Positions 61,856-64,000 of a stretch of 64,000 nucleotides of DNA are shown here, in pieces; positions within the stretch are counted from its first letter, which is position 1, and every line of letters begins with the position of its first letter. The position numbers and the translations under genes are program-made. The DNA lies in assembly GCF_009914755.1 (NCBI RefSeq), contig NC_060946.1; one strand, given 5' to 3'. This stretch comes from the human T2T-CHM13v2.0 reference genome, Homo sapiens. The notes under the pieces were generated by a model, which made no database searches, was not told where the DNA came from, and was given only the letters and a program-made list of their open reading frames with translations.

Positions 61856-62299
61856 TATGGCTCTTTTCAAAACACCATTTGACACCCAGACATAACCCGC
61901 TGCTAATGATTACAAAATTCAATTTTATTAGCATTTAAATTATTACTTTAAATTATTTCAAGAATGCATGGATGTGATTTCCCCCACATCTAACTCACAA
62001 ATGTTGCTGATGCTGACTTGCTCTTTTCTTTCAGTCTTAGCAAATAAAGAGGGAGTTTACTTTTCTTGATACCAGAAGATAACAGGAGAAAGTAGGTGAA
62101 ACTCCCGAAAGCTGTTATCGTTTCCACCCTCAGGATGAATCACACAAGGAGTCACCTGCACTTCATTTGGATGATAAATAAATGAGATGGATCTTAGAGT
62201 TGGTGCTGATCTAGTCAATGATTTGGGATGTTGGGCTGAGGTGAATGTGTTTCACAGGTGAGAAAGACATGAGTTTTAGAGTCCATAGTGTGGAGGGTT

Positions 62300-62553
62300 A
62301 TTGGCTGAAGTGTGCCCCGAGAATTCATACAATGAAGCTCTAATCACAGTGCATGAATGAATTGGAACATAGGGTCTTTAATGGGGTGATTAAGTGAAAA
62401 TGAAGCCAGTAGGATGGGTTCTTTTCTATCTGACAGGTGTCCTCTGAAGATGAAGAAATTTGAGCACACAGAAATGAGACACCATAGATGAGCATGCAGA
62501 GGAAAGATCACGTGAGGACACAGAAGAAGGGAGTGATTTGCAAGCCAAGGAGA
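62300..62553 (+). mobile_element. MLT1-type MaLR LTR fragment
   Basis: TGTGCCCCGAGAATTCATAC...AGGGTCTTTAATGGGGTGATTAAG...GCAAGCCAAGGAGA. Confidence 0.7.
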
Positions 62554-63130
<577 letters not shown>

Positions 63131-63247
63131 AGACTCCCATGCTGCCCTTCCCTCCAGCCCTACAGGCAGGCTCTGCAGAGAGTGAATCACCAGTAAATAC
63201 ACAAACAAATATGATTACGTTCCTTTTGTTTAAGAAGTAGAGGAATG

Positions 63248-63573
<326 letters not shown>

Positions 63574-63585
63574 AGTAGAGGAATG

Positions 63586-64000
63586 ATTGAATATATTAAG
63601 TGAAAATAAGGAATACCAACACAAAGAAAAATTTAACTGTAAGTATGGTTAAAAATACACTGGGTGAGATAGACAAGTTAGATGTCGCAAAACAAGAGAT
63701 TAGCAAACTGTATAGTGTAACACTAGAAACTATTCAAAATGAAACACATAGCAAAAAATAACGATAAAAATAAACAGCATCAATGAGATGTAGGAGAACT
63801 TCAGACAGGCTAATATACGTGTAATTGAAGTCCTCAGAATAGAAGATGGGGTAAGAATGAAAAGAAAAAATATTTGAATGAATAATGACAAAATATGTTC
63901 CACATTTGGTGAAAACCATAAACTGATATAACCCAGAAGCTCGATAAAACTTAAGCATAGGAAACACAAAGAAAACAACTCCAAAACACATCATAATCAA
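63586..64000 (+). mobile_element. Old L1M ORF1 fragment
   Basis: GAAACTATTCAAAATGAAACAC...TGTAATTGAAGTCCTCAGAA...CACATCATAATCAA. Confidence 0.75.

Overview
Human genomic DNA from the J-C-proximal V cluster of the immunoglobulin lambda locus (IGL, 22q11.2), unrearranged. Five open V gene segments lie on the + strand in the order IGLV3-12, IGLV2-11, IGLV3-10, IGLV3-9, IGLV2-8, each with octamer/TATA promoter, 46-nt leader exon, intron, V exon and 23-spacer RSS. MIR650 overlaps the IGLV2-8 leader. There are three V relics: a 5'-truncated V2-like gene at 9.4-9.6 kb (probably IGLV(I)-11-1), an IGLV4-3-like pseudogene at 37.8-38.3 kb and a V3-related relic with a long CDR3 at 49.5-49.9 kb. The region is built from three diverged copies of a [V3 gene + V2 gene] cassette; in the middle copy the V3 gene has been deleted. 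An apparently non-Ig, mostly AT-rich block (about 13-22.7 kb) carries a full-length intron-containing CDRT15L2-like pseudogene on the - strand, interrupted by an LTR22-type (HML-5) LTR that retains a PBS-like sequence. The rest is Alu, L1, L2, MIR, MaLR, ERVL and ERV1 debris, including a human-specific AluYb8. The most unusual unexplained structure is a 40-bp near-perfect palindrome 3' of IGLV2-8 whose loop is a 20-bp minisatellite. I found no clearly new biological system. Gene and repeat names come from my recall of reference sequences, not from database searches, and repeat boundaries are approximate.
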